Positions 38,901 through 52,259 of a stretch of 64,000 bases of DNA are shown here, piece by piece. Position 1 is the stretch's first letter; each line of letters starts with the position of its first letter. The position numbers were made by a program, and so were the translations under genes. The stretch is from Trichosphaerium sp. ATCC 40318 (Eukaryota > Protista > Tubulinea), in NCBI GenBank assembly GCA_038496445.1, contig JALMLS010000461.1, positions 242,769 to 306,768 on the forward strand. Reading direction: 5' to 3'. A model generated the notes under the pieces. The model was not told the DNA's origin. It ran no database searches and saw nothing but the letters and a program-made list of their open reading frames with translations.

Positions 38901-41193
38901 AAGGAAATGGAGAAACAAAATTATAGGATTGCAAAGAAGTTAGAGCAAAACTCTCAAAGAATGGTAAGGCTACAGAGTGGCCTTGATAAAAAGATAGGCA
39001 AAAGAGCGAAGGTACAATCCTCTTTACAAAATGTCAGTTCCATACACGTGTTTGACTGATATGACAAAAAGAGGCAAGCCAAACTCAAAGAAGAAGAGAA
39101 AGCTGATGATGATGATCTCATTACAAAACGCCATATTGCGAAGTCAGTTCAAAAGATTGTGCATGCGTTACCTCACCATGTTGTGAGGCGTGGTGTACCT
39201 TCTGAGTTAAATGTTGTGCATCCAATGACACGTGGTAAAGTGCAAAATAGTACCTTAAATACTTTCTAAAATACTTTTATTAAGAACATTATGCCTTGTT
39301 GCGTACAAGTTCACAGACAACGTTGGATAAAGTATTGGTTACTAGAAGGGAATTATCTAGGTTCAAAGGTACACCAATCTTTAGTTGTGCGTTATCTACT
39401 AACACGAACAAAAAAGGTCACATCGTGTGTATAGGTGATGTATCCAACATATTTTATTTCATTGCTCGTTTGAGAGATAAGAGTTTAGAGCAGTTCGGCT
39501 ATGTACCAATAGTAATCATGGTATGATACAATGTTTCTATATACACCTAGCTTAATTCGTTTTATAAATAGAGTGAAACGTTTGGAGATGCTGAATGGAA
39601 ACGTATTCAAGTATTCCCTGAAGTCTATGTTCTCAAAAAGTCACCTTCAAATAAGGTTAGTTGTTCTTTTTAACACGTGAGATTTTGAACTTACATTCTA
39701 TTTAGAATCTGAAAAAAGCGAATGTAGCACAAGCTATGAGGATTGTGATATTCTCTAAACCTTCTCCTCTTGCAGAACAAAGTGGAGATGCTAATCTTAT
39801 AGACTCTGATCAAATGCTTCTTGCACTTAAGATTGTACGTCGCGCGTGATACATCTATTTGCCTAACCTGTACTGTAGATGAACCACTTTAAGTTCTTGG
39901 GTGATAATATCTTGGTTGAATTGAGTACTCCAACACAAACATATAGGCTATTCTAACCAATGCGTTTTAGTTAACTCTGAGAACATGGAATTTATTGATC
40001 TCGCATCCAAGTTGAATACATCTACTGAAGTACAAAAGAAACTAGAGTCCAGCAGGGCAGCTACAGACTACGAGTATGAAACAGCATATTTCGCTTCAGG
40101 TACGTTTACATACGTTGAATCCAGTCTTTGACCAACACGTGCCAATAGGGAAAGTATTCAGCTCCGCATTTTTTCACATACTTATGGCTAAAGCACGATA
40201 GATTCAGAGCTTTTCTCTTCCTTGCTGACGTTTAATAGGCTTTTAAAACGCCAGCTATATTCCGTACTATGAACATACTTGCTGGTACATCTGCAGTGTA
40301 TGAACCAATAGGAACACAAAAAGAAGGAGCTAAAATATGGCCACAAAGTCATCTTATTCTAATAAGACCTCCTGAAAAAATAACTGCAAATGGTGAATGG
40401 CAATTCCAGGACTTGTTTAAGGTCTGTTCGAATACTTTAGAGGCCATTCCAATCGGTTTATACAGAGCAGTGGAACCAAGTACGTCCAACCTCATTTAGC
40501 TTTTGTATTCTTGTTGGTGCTAACACGTCACAAAGGTAAGGTAGCATCAGAGGAGACAATACATCCATATGTCATTACATGTCCAGAACCAGAACTCCTT
40601 ATTGAGCCAACAGACTTTGTGTTTGTTTTAGGAAGAAGACAGTTATTATCTCATGAATTGGTAGCTTTTGGTGGAATGTACAATCCAAAGGTGCAAGCTA
40701 TCATCAAGAAACTGAAGAAGAAACTTGCGAAAGAAGCTGAAAAACAGAACAGACGAGAAAACGTATGCGCCTGTTTTGCGACCTTACACGTGTTACTAAC
40801 ATAAAGTGCCTCTAGGAAGCCAAACAAGCAGCGATGGTGAACGCAGCAGATCTCGTCAATCCGCAGAAGGTCGAAGAATCTCCAGCCAAGGAAGTTGCCG
40901 ACCCAAAAAAGAGTGTTCCGAAAAAGATGCATTCTATTGAGATGGAGAAACTAACAGATAACGAATCCGAGTCCGAGGAAGAATCAGAACCGGAAGACCG
41001 TGATGAAAACGATACTGATGAAGATAAAGATGACTCTGAAAACAAGTCCGAAGGATGGTCTGTAAAAGGGTCTCAGTCTAACATCAGTCTAAGCAAGAAT
41101 GACGAAGGTTCTTCAAACAAGCACTCTAATGTGTCTCTGGAAGAACAAACAGTTGAACGGATTGTAGCAAACCCTGAGGATTCTGAATCATAA
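35933..41193 (+). CDS. BK/Slo-family calcium-activated potassium channel alpha subunit, >30 exons
   Basis: S4 LGFLRILRLFRL, pore TLSTVG|YGDI, two RCK domains (CIEELKY-AMLG..LYPGIISLLTN; GHIVCIG; FASG-KVF; PYVITCP), acidic tail. Confidence 0.93.
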
Positions 41194-41464
41194 ATACAAA
41201 TGAATTGTAAGATCATAAATGTTGCCCGAAACTGTTAAGCCTTTTCACTTTGTTCACGTGATACCCAGATGCATACTGAGCCGCCAATTAATGTGCCTTT
41301 TTTAAAAATGCACATATTGCCTCATAACACGTGATATTTAGGTACTTCTTTTTTATGATAGCTCTACTTGTTCTAGGTCAATACTTAGCTCTGTTTCTAC
41401 GTACTTGTATCAATAAAAAGATTAGGAAATTTCAACCGTATTCTTGGTGATCGTAATCTTGTGG

Positions 41465-44400
41465 ATGGCAAACAATTACGTAATTGCTGTTCTAGAGGAT
41501 TTGGAAAGGTTACCACAAGCCTGTAATAATACACTGAAGCAAACAGAAGCATCTATACGCAGTATAACGAATAGATTAAATACTTTAGCAGAACAAATAT
41601 CAGTTAACCTTGATACACAGAATGGGGCAAGCATTTTGATCAACAAAACAAAATTTTTTTTTGTTTGTTTTAGCCCATTTTCGGTTTTTCTAATCAAAAC
41701 GTTTATTAATAGGATGGTGACACGTGTTTGCATATAGCTTGCGCAAAAGGTCATGTGACGCTCGTTCAGCTATTACTCCATCTAGGCGCAAGTTGGGATG
41801 TAGATAATAATCAAGGAAGGAAACCAATGGCTGGTACGTGCTGATGATGATTAAAAATCAAACCGCACGTGATTTACTTGTTATTTTTTTTTTAGTCACC
41901 GTTGAGGCTTGTAAACAGTCTTATGCTGTAGAGTCGCACTATCTTTGTCTTGGTACGCTTTATATTTGTCCGCAATAGCATCTACTTACATACGCGCTAG
42001 ATTTGCTGTTAAAATGGGTCAAACACGCGAACGTAACAACAGATGAGCGTGGGCGTCCAAAAGTATGCTATTTTTTGTTCGAATGATTTTTATCTCTTTT
42101 TCTCACCATCAAAAAGACCTTTGAGTTTGGTACGCTTGTAAGCGAAAGACCAGCTGCAGATAGAAATAGGGTGTTGTTTTGGAGTTTCGTCAAGGATTGG
42201 AATCTCTGTAAGACGCTGCTATGTTTTTTTTTAATGATTTTGTTTTTAGATTGGAAGGATATAAGTTTACTCAATGAGGTCAATCATTGTGTATATTTAC
42301 AAGCGTTTAATGGAATTTTCATAGGTTTATATCACACTTACAACAATGTCTAAAATTAAGTGGGACAGCAGTATTAGAGCGCCAACTGTAGAGGTAATTT
42401 ATATAATTTTTAACAACTTTTTGAGCACAGACTTACAATTGTTAGGTTCTTTTTTCCGGGTAATCTCATTGTTCGCAATGACAATGTGTCCTGACTTTAA
42501 ATTTTAGATTTGAAGGTATTGTAAAATGTACACAACGTATTAGCGAACAAATAGAGTACCACAAAGGTAAGCTTTCTAACTTCAACATAAAAATCACGTG
42601 ATTAAATATCGATGTAGAACGTGACACGTTGGAAGATAATTTGGGTAAAATATTCGCTGAGGCACGTGGATTTTAAGAAGTTAATTGTTGCATGATACTT
42701 ACTACATTAAAGAACTCAAAGGCGTTTGCATTATACGCTCATTATACAATAAAGTCAAGAGCAAGAGAGAAACTATTAAAAAGAGCAAAAAAAAAGAATA
42801 GTGCACTTCACAGATTCCTTGCAGTACGTTAAATATCATTTACAAAATGCGTTCGATCCACTGCGATATTAAAAAGAAATTAGAGGTGCAGTAACTTGAA
42901 GAAGTACAAGAGACTGAGGTTCGTAATAAGACATAAAAAAATCGATATCTTTTTTTTTTTCTTATTTTTTGTCATTAGATTTGATGCTTCTGATTTTAAT
43001 CTGCCAGCAAGAAAGATTCAACAACTTGCTCTCCAATTAAAGGTATGTACCAATCTAATGTTTGTTCATAATGATTTGTTCTAATGGGGTCGTATTTAAG
43101 GACATTGTGAAGCATGTTGAAATTAATGAAGAACAAAGAAATTATTTCAAAGTTGCAATTAATGGTATTGAAGCTGTTACAAGAGATATAAACCAAAAGA
43201 CTGGTGATTATGAAAAGCAAATGTTGGATGCTAAATATCAATCCATATTCTTTCCAGTTGCGTATCTTGTTGTCTTGACATTTGATGTTTTCCGATTTTA
43301 TTCCTCGTTTGTTGACTTTCAGTTCTAGAAAAAAGCTTTCTCACCTTCCAGGAGCTTTATAAAATCTGGTTCTTTGTTCATCAGAAAACCAAGAAAAGGA
43401 AATGTATCTGACACAGTTGTGCGATTTCTAATCGGTGAAGTGTGCTTGTTTAGCGGTATGGAATTCTCTTTATTTTTACCTACAAATTTAGAAGATTTTG
43501 TTTGTAATAACTGACCCTTGTTAGATGCTGTGGGGTATCAAGTATTATATACCCTTCTTAAAGGTGTTATTATGTTCAGTGATATCACTACTATAAAACA
43601 CGTTACGATTGTCCATAATCAAAGAACATGTATGATATTATTTCTATTTTTTTGCTGTACATTTCACTAAACTTGTCGGTAGATGCTGCTGTGTCTATTG
43701 TCAAAAACAGCAGAGAGATAGGAACAGGTTCTTCTACAGTTTGGTTATGTAGTCCTCATACAGCTACTGCAAAAGAATGGTTTGCAGCAATAGAAAAAGG
43801 TAAAAACGTTATCCATTATTTTCGAACAAAAAAAACCCCCGAAATGTTATCACCCGCTCACGCTTTTCAGCTTACGAATCATATGTCGGTGTTGTACATA
43901 CTAGAGGTAAGTAAAATTAATTAAGTTTCATAAATACTGAAACAATCACGTGTAGTTAACAAAAGGTTGAAATCTTCAACAAGAAAGAAAACACCTAGAA
44001 GAAAAATATCATCAACGCCTTTACCTCTCAGAAAAATATCAGGTCTAACACCAGACAAGCTAAAAAAACAGGCATCCAAACTGAGCAGTACAGGACCAAG
44101 TCGCCACGAACGTTTGAACACATCAGTAGGCATAACAGATAGACCATTACCTCCTCAACCTTTTCAACCTCCTCAACCTCAGCAACGACCCGGAACACCA
44201 AAACCAAGAAAACTTACACCTCCAGAAGGTCTCGTTCTACGAAGACCTTCACCTAAATACAACATTTCATTTCAAAAACCAAGACCTCCACAACAACCAC
44301 CACCAACAAAACCACGTGAAAAACAAGTAACAACTCATAATTCGCTTAATCAAAAGTCAGTTAAGGCACATTCTTCTCTTCAAAAAATCATTTTCCCTGT

Positions 44401-44719
44401 TTCTCATAAGCACCAACATCAACAACGAAATAGTTCTCAGAAGCATCAACAACGCACAGTACCAGATAGAAAACGAGTTAAAAACAGTGTACTATTATTC
44501 CAGAACTCGACATATTCTCCATCATCATCAAACTCTTCGTATTCTGGACCTTCTCCAAGTAAGCCAAAAAGAAGTCCTCCAAGTATTCCTTCTCCTTCAC
44601 AGAATCGATTGGCAGTTGAAAAGAGACGTAAGTATATGAAACATAAGCGTAGTGTTTCTGCTCCTTCTTTTCAAATTCAACAGCAAGCGTATATGCTTAG
44701 ACAGTCTAGCAAAAAGTAA
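41465..44719 (+). CDS. Ankyrin repeat + degenerate DH (RhoGEF) + PH + Pro/Ser/Lys-rich tail protein
   Basis: DGDTCLHIACAKGHVTLVQLLL, LGKIFAE-NSKAFALYAHY, LPARKIQQLALQLK, PH ending AKEWFAAIEK. Confidence 0.78.
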
Positions 44720-45995
44720 TAAACAATCACCAAGAAAAAAAAACTAATAAAACAACACTTGTACTTTTATAATCTTCTATCTCTAAGCATGGACAAGAAA
44801 CGATATTTGGCGTCCGGCTGATAATATCGCTGCTACACAAAATTAGTTAGCAGGACAGCGCTAAGAAGCGACTAAGTAATTACGAAAACCACTTGGAAGT
44901 ATTTTTTTGAATCACATGTTTTTTTTTTTTGATAACAGTTCAACTATTTGTCAACTCTACGTATCTCGTCACGTATTTCTGTTATACATTTTAGAGCTAC
45001 AGAAGCGTTTAGTTACTACTTTGTACTTTTTCAACTACGGTGCCTTTTGGAACACTTATTCCATAATTCAGCAAAAAACACGAAAGTAAGCTCTCGTGAT
45101 TACCTCTTCATTACTTCCGCGCATTGTTTAATAATGTGGTCGTAGAACAAACATTCACTGATGAGCATGTATGGACACTGCAACTACTTCTGTCGAGTTC
45201 GGCAATGAGTGGTTTTAATTGCAATCAGTGTTTTTAGTGTGTTTAAAACTCTTGTGTCAATATCTAGCCTCGTAGTACGGTAGTATTCCTTCTTTCGTAT
45301 TTCCTGGGCGGAAGCTGACATGTCGATTTTAATTAACCTTTCCGCCTCTCTATGAGCTCTTTATGCGTAGACAAACTGATTGGATACATTCAGAGGTGGT
45401 CGGGTACCTTTTAAGGCAAAACCAAGGGATTCGAGAAAGAACGAGTTTCTTGCTATTACCTCTTTGTGCTAGCGATGTTCCAAACGAATAGAACCGAATA
45501 ATACGTATTTGGAGGTATTCGAATATAATTGAAGTGTTAGCTTCGTTTTGTTAGCGGTCGTTGCCCGGTCCAGCTAAGCGGCTACTGTATAAAAATATGT
45601 ATTCTGGAAACCCGTTTAAAATTATCACTTTGTCGTGTTTTGCCATGGCATCACACATGCTTTTTTGAACTTGTACATGCTGTCAATGGCTTTGAAATTC
45701 GTTTATGTTTAACACATAGGTCCAAAGCCTTGTATCAAGCAAGTTGGTTAGTTTTCAAATAGTCCCGCTCACCAAACACCATAAAACCTTTAGTTTTGGC
45801 ATGGCTGCGCGTAGAAAAAACCATGAGAGCGTTGGTTAGAGTTTTTGCACTAGAACGCACAAATCATAAACAAAAGGCTCAAATTTCTTTTCTGGTGTAC
45901 ATATTTTACAAAGCCAGCGCTACATCCTGTGCAGTTGCATAGAACGTATTCACAAGAATGTGTGTTTGTGTTTTATAAAGTTAGCTAACATAACA

Positions 45996-48900
45996 ATGAA
46001 TGAACACGTGACGCTTGCTCTCCTACTCCTTATTGGTTTTACGGCAAGCATATATGCTGATCAACATACTTTCGATTGCCCAATGCGCCAAATGTTGCTC
46101 AAATACGCTATGAAGGCACAAGATGAGATTGCTTGTTATTTTTGAGTTTTGTATGTAGATACAGCCTTTTCGCACCAGAGAGAACTTTCAAGACATTGCC
46201 GATGCCCTGAATGGCGCACCAGAAGCCCAGGGCTGTAATATACAAGTTACATAGTTATTTTAGACCATCTTTGTGTCCTTAAAAAATATCACGTGACTAT
46301 TCCTTTTCCTTATTTTGGCATCTTTAGGTACCTTCCAATTTCAAGGGCAGACCATCTATTCATGCGTTTCCAAAGAAAGCACAAGAAACTTACTACGTTG
46401 ATGCTTTCAAAGGTACGTACAAAACTTAAAGGTTCGAATACAGTTTACAGCTTTGGCATTTTAGGAAGTGATACAAATACCGGCACAGCTGATAAACCAT
46501 TCAAAACGATTACTAAGGCCGTGAGTATAACCAAATCACCTAGCGCTGTTATAGTCCTTCGTGAAGGGACCTTCTATCTGAGCGAGTACGACCTTGCGTA
46601 CAGTACAAAATAACAGGTTTTAGTACAATTAATTTAGGTGTAAATAATAGCGGGTTGACAATTCAAAACTATCCAAACGAAAAGGTATGCACTCAACTAG
46701 ATTAAAACAAAGTCAAAAATTTTTTTTTATACAGGTTTGGATTAGTGGAGGAAAGCTTATCAAGCCAGAATGGAAGCCATACAAAGTATCAAACAATAAA
46801 ACTGCAACCATAGAATATGGTGAGAATAATATAGACGGACAAGCACACTCGAAGACAAACGGAACGACCATAATGTACAAACCAAATACTCAACATTTTT
46901 TCTCACGTAATCCAGCTATTTGGGGTTATATAACAGTACAGAAGCTTGCGAAGCTGCTTGTTTATCATGGAAAAAGTGTGTACACGTTCTATTAAATGCC
47001 CTTATCACTATAGGTGTAAATCATTCACATACCATACTACAGCGCTCAAGAACGAATGGTCCAGGCAGTGTTTTGCTAGAACAGATTGTGCGGCTATAGT
47101 TTTTCTATTGTTTTTTGCTTATGTTTGTTCTACAAGCTGTATGGAAACCTGGACGGGAATCTAATATCAATAGTGGTAGAGTAAAGCCAGGATATAACAT
47201 CTACGTTGCATCTCTGAGGTGTGGATGTTTTAATCCTTACACATTTCCTGTTCTCCTTATTCTGACACAGTTACAGTAAACTTGATGATATCAGCGGTTT
47301 GAGAATAAATGGAAAGCGAGCTACAAGGGCGCGCTATCCCAACGCTAATCCAGGTAACGTAGGTGATGCAAACGAATTTACTAACAACACGTGTTGCAGA
47401 ACTCAGTTTTGGTTCCTCTTTGAGAGTAAGCTCCTGGTTGAAGCCTTCACTTCCTAGTGGCCCTGATCATGTTGTTAACCCAAAAGCACCGTACAGAAAC
47501 ACCTCTGACTTGTTTCAAGAGTACACTCTAGGTATAGGTGGTAATTGTGAACGCTTTACACCTCAGTCAGGTATGTTGCTCTGTGCTGGCATGCCGAGTT
47601 TTATTGTTGAGTGTTTTCCGTATCACGTATTGACATACCTAATAGGTTATTGGTGTGCTCCTAGCAAGGCTGGTAATTTATACACGTAGGTGCTTCTTAG
47701 ACAACTAACCATTCATTATACTACCCAATAAAAAAACTTCTTGCTAACAGCTATAGGCTACCAGGTGGTATGGTTGCTGGAAACAATATACTACCAAACT
47801 CTCCCTATAAAAATGCATCTAACGCTTTGGTACACGTGTGGCATCCTGCAGGTTGGTCTACATGGATGTTCGAGGTACTATGAGAACACACAGGCTTTAT
47901 TTGTTCTAATAGTTTTGTAGCTTGAAAGCTACGAGGCTGCGAGTGGTACTTTCCGATTCTCTAAAGGTGGTTTTCAAGGAGGTCGCGGTAGTGACCACGG
48001 CGGAGATTTCTATATTGAGAACGTGTTTGAGGAGTTAGATGCCGAAAACGAGTGGTTTTTTGATACAGAAAGTAAATTGTTATACCTTTGGTACAACGGT
48101 ACTGGCATGCCTCCTAGTGACACTGTATTTGAAATTACAAATATCAAGGTACTTTATTAATATCTACAGGCGTTGCTAACTCTTGTTTGAACAGACCTTG
48201 ATCAGTTTCAAAGGAACACAAGAGAAACCAGTATCTAAAGTAACTATCAGAGGAGTAGGATTCAAAGACGCTGCTTATACATATATGGATCCTCATGGTA
48301 TGCCTTCTGGAGGTGATTGGGCACTTCAACGATATGGAGCATTATTTTTTGAAGGCACGTACTGGGAGATCTATGACATGAACGCATAAACATTCTGATA
48401 GGTACAAGAAATTGCACTATTGAATCTTGCATGTTTTCTCGTCTTGATGGTAATGCTGTGATGATATCTGGGTATAACAGATACACCACTATTAAAAAGA
48501 ACGAATTTGTGTGGATCGGAGACTCTGCCATTGCCTCTTGGGGATACACTGAAGGTAATTTGGGAAAAAAAAAGTACTATTAGTACTAACTTCAAAATGT
48601 AGGTGCAAAAGACGGCATGGGTTGGGATGGTACTGCTGGAAACCAACCGAGATTCAACCAGATTATTGATAATCTCGTTCATGAGCTTGGCATTTGGGTA
48701 CAGTTTTTATTGAGGTGTTGCTTCTGAGTGCTGATTTGTGGTTTCTAGGAAAAGCAATCTTCTCTTTATTTTCAAGCCAAATCTTGTCAAAACACTTTAA
48801 GAGGAAATATCTTCTATAATGGCCCACGTGCGGGTATAAACTTTAATGACGGATTTGGAGGTGGTAGTTTATTGACAGAAAACATACTATTCAATACATG

Positions 48901-49819
48901 CAGAGAATCAGGGGACCATGTACGCTTCATTTCTTTTAGTGTTTTGTGGTATTTTAAGTTCCAAATCAACGTCCTAACTTAGCGTTATAGGGGCCATTCA
49001 ATAGCTGGGATCGTCAAGTATGTTGTAAAATTGGTATTTCGTATCTATTTAATCCTTTTCCAAGGTATACGTCACAAAGGTCAACTCAACAGTACCCACA
49101 CCAGTGAAAGCTTATGATGAGATTTCATTAAATTTTATAATTGCAAACTACAACAGGTACTGTAAACATCCCTGTTCCGACGGCTACTCACTAATTTTTA
49201 AGCATCTTTGGTATTGATAACGACGATGGATCTTGTTACTATAAGACACATCATAACTTCTTTGCATATGGGCTTGGTGGTGGTATGAAGGTAAGTTTGT
49301 GGCTAAAAGCCTTCTTAATCGTTTTTATCTTCATCCTGTACCGGGTATAACTGTTATCTAGGATCATGTAGGTGGGCATGATAACCACCACTATTACAAT
49401 GTATATGCTTTTATGCCTGTTGGATTTCATATTGGCAACCACTTGGTTGGTCATGGCGACTATTTCTACAACGTACAGGGACTTTGTTTTCCATTTTGGG
49501 GTAGTTTTTAAGCAGGCTTAGAACTACTTGGTACAAACTAAAGATGGTGTTTATGGTGATACAAAATGTACAGGACCTGGATCAGTGACTGTAGTTCACG
49601 ACAACAGAGTGTTTACACCAACAGGAAAGGTAACAAAAGAAATGAGGGAAAAAAACTGAATTCTGCTTTTATTCTGTATCTAAAAGCGATTAGGTCGAGG
49701 AATGCGGTATGTCACTTGAAGCGTGGCAAAAATTAGGACATGATCCTGGAACCACTGCTGCTCCAACACCACCTGACTCTGATATTTTGGCTGAAATATC
49801 TAAGACCTTGAGCATATGA
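45996..49819 (+). CDS. Secreted right-handed beta-helix (pectin-lyase fold) protein with PAN/Apple-like insert, ~25 exons
   Basis: Signal peptide, YYVD..GSDTNTGTADKPFKTI, LREGTFYL, RARYPN, FYIENVFEELDAENEW, PSGGDW, NGPRAGINFNDGFGGG, DHGPFNSWDR, IDNDDGS. Confidence 0.85.
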
Positions 49820-49946
49820 AATAAACAAGCCTTCTTCCAACTGTTCTGGTTTTGTTAAAACTGTTTCATGGATACTAGTTGCAATTCGTTGACCTAGGTG
49901 TACAAACTATACCACTTCCCAATTAATCAATTCAATATGTATACAA

Positions 49947-51573
49947 CTATTTAGGATGTGGTGATGTCAGCAAACTGTTATTGCCATTGCTCGGATGGTT
50001 AATCTTATTTTCTTTGAAACAAAATGGGCCTGTTTCATCTTTCTAAAGTACTTTCTAATATCTAGCAACTCGGGATGGCACTCATGTGCTTACTATGAAG
50101 GGACTAAGTATCATTAGAAACCGGATACAGATTAATATAAATTTTTACCTATTGTGTACATTACTGCCCTCTCGTTTTACCTATTGTGAGTCTATAAACA
50201 AAGAACATAACAAGAAAAAAAGTAGCACAAACCTCAATCGTGTACTTTTCATTAGCTTCTCTGAATGTAATTGAGACGGTGTATGTCCCGTTTTTATTGT
50301 CTTTAATTGAAGGCTTTGAGAATGTACCTTGTGGCCCTGAGATACCGATCTTAAAGTATAATCTGATAAGCGGACAATGACTGAAACGGGATAAAAACGA
50401 AAAGTACATTAAATGTATCACCGCCAACATCAACATTATAACCTTCCGCATCTACTGCTATTATAGTAAAATCATACAAACTATTAGACTGTGCTCTTTT
50501 ATTAGCACTTATTGTGCTGCGAGCACTAGGTCCTGGAAAGAAGGTAAGAAAGGTAAATCAATGCATTTAGCTTAGCAGAAAACGTGTCATTGCCTTAAAA
50601 GCGTACTTGAAGAAGCAGTTACAACTTGAGACTGCTGTGTTACTAAGTTTCCTTTATACATAATATCAAGAGCATAACAACCTGTATGATTATTAAAACT
50701 CCACGTGATAGGAAAGTTAAAAAAATAAGAAAAATGTACGAAAGACAATTTCCGTTAAACAAGCCGGAAGAAAAACAAAGTACCTGGCCTTGACACTCTA
50801 TAAGACACTTTGAATTTTTGATTAACGCCTGAAATATGTGCTCCTATACTTTGATTATTACCTCCACGTAGTTCAACTGATAAATCAGTTGTACATACAT
50901 TACCTAAAACTGTTTTTAATGTCACAAAGAAATTAAAGGCTTACGATCAGATACAAGCTCAAACTCTGTATTCTCATTAATACGACAACAACGTATTCCA
51001 GATCCGCTCATATTGAAGTTTACTGGCGTTGCATCTACAGAGCGTTAAGTGAAACTGCTTTGGCTTGAATATTGTAAAGTGACTTTGGTAGATAGACGAT
51101 GGATGGCGTCGTTCTGAGTTTGATGTTTGCTTGTGATGTTTTATACCTGCATTGGGGTTGCTTGTTGTAATATCAGAGCGTACATCGAACTGATGCTCCA
51201 TAACTAATTCAGAGCCCATCTTTAGGCGTGTGACGTAAACTCCAGTCCTTTGTGGCCGAAAACTGAAGTTGTAAGTTCCTACAGACTGTAAACGCTCTGA
51301 TAACACGTAAAAGCATATAAAAACGCGACTGCTATGATTTGTCGGCGCTAGTAGACTAACCTGTATTTGTTCTTGTCAAATTCAGTGTATGAGCTTCGGC
51401 ACCCGATATATACGCTCTGTAATACGTATGAGTACATTTCTTAAACGCTAGTAACGTTTTTGCACTTACTGAAGTGGAGAGCCGCTGTGATCAATTTTTG
51501 TTCCGTTTTCTGTCTTTGTAGAGACTTCAAACCGTGCAGTATTACCAACACCCATTCTTTCTGGTCCAGCCAT
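49947..51573 (-). CDS. Filamin/ABP120-type Ig-repeat protein without an actin-binding domain
   Basis: AGPERMGVGNTARFEV, GTYNFSFRPQRTGVY, ISGPQG...IKDNKNGTYTVSITF. Confidence 0.75.
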
Positions 51574-52259
51574 GTAATATAGCGTGCGCGTTGTCTAAAT
51601 ACATGTCAACAACGTAGACGGGAACATAAACGTGTTGAACAGACCATTGTTTTGAGTATACTGTATTTGGAAAGTATTTTTATTGTGAACTCGAACTTAA
51701 TCAGAAAAAGGCACCTCTACATTACTATGGACAGCACAAAAACGGCACGTGCTTCCGTTTACGACAATAATGGCCTTGTACTTTGAATTTGTAGAATGGC
51801 CTTTTTTTTGCTCGAGTTTTCGGTCAATAATGTGTAAAATACGCTATTTCAAGCATGCCTTTGTTCTTTTGTGCGTAACGCTTCTGTGTGGTTGTGCAAC
51901 AGTACATAAGCGCTGAGAAATTCATGATTTGTGGGATGTAAAACAGTCTTAGTTATTGTAAAAAGTACTTTTTGAAAGACGAGCGCGGACATCCTTCGGT
52001 TTGTTGCAACACCAAACCGAAGGTACACTAAAAGCCCCGTGAATGTGCTGTAGCTACACTACATAGGTTCTTACCATCGCAGTGTTCACCAAAGACTAGG
52101 CTTCAACTAAATCACGTGATTTCAAAAAAAAAAAAAAAACTGGTTAAGTATGAGCCTACAGTATGATCAGTATACTGTGTACAACAGAAATACCTTTTTA
52201 TGTTGATTAAGTAACTTTGTGTCCCACGTCAAACCCTATCTATTTCTACACAACGAATC

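Noticed and set aside
44770-45470. Minus-strand gene
   Set aside because: Reading frames contain stops and show no recognisable family; at best a decayed remnant.
52030-52060. RNase MRP RNA (minus-strand CACGGGGCT resembles CR-V)
   Set aside because: No matching GAAAGTCCCC CR-I found upstream.
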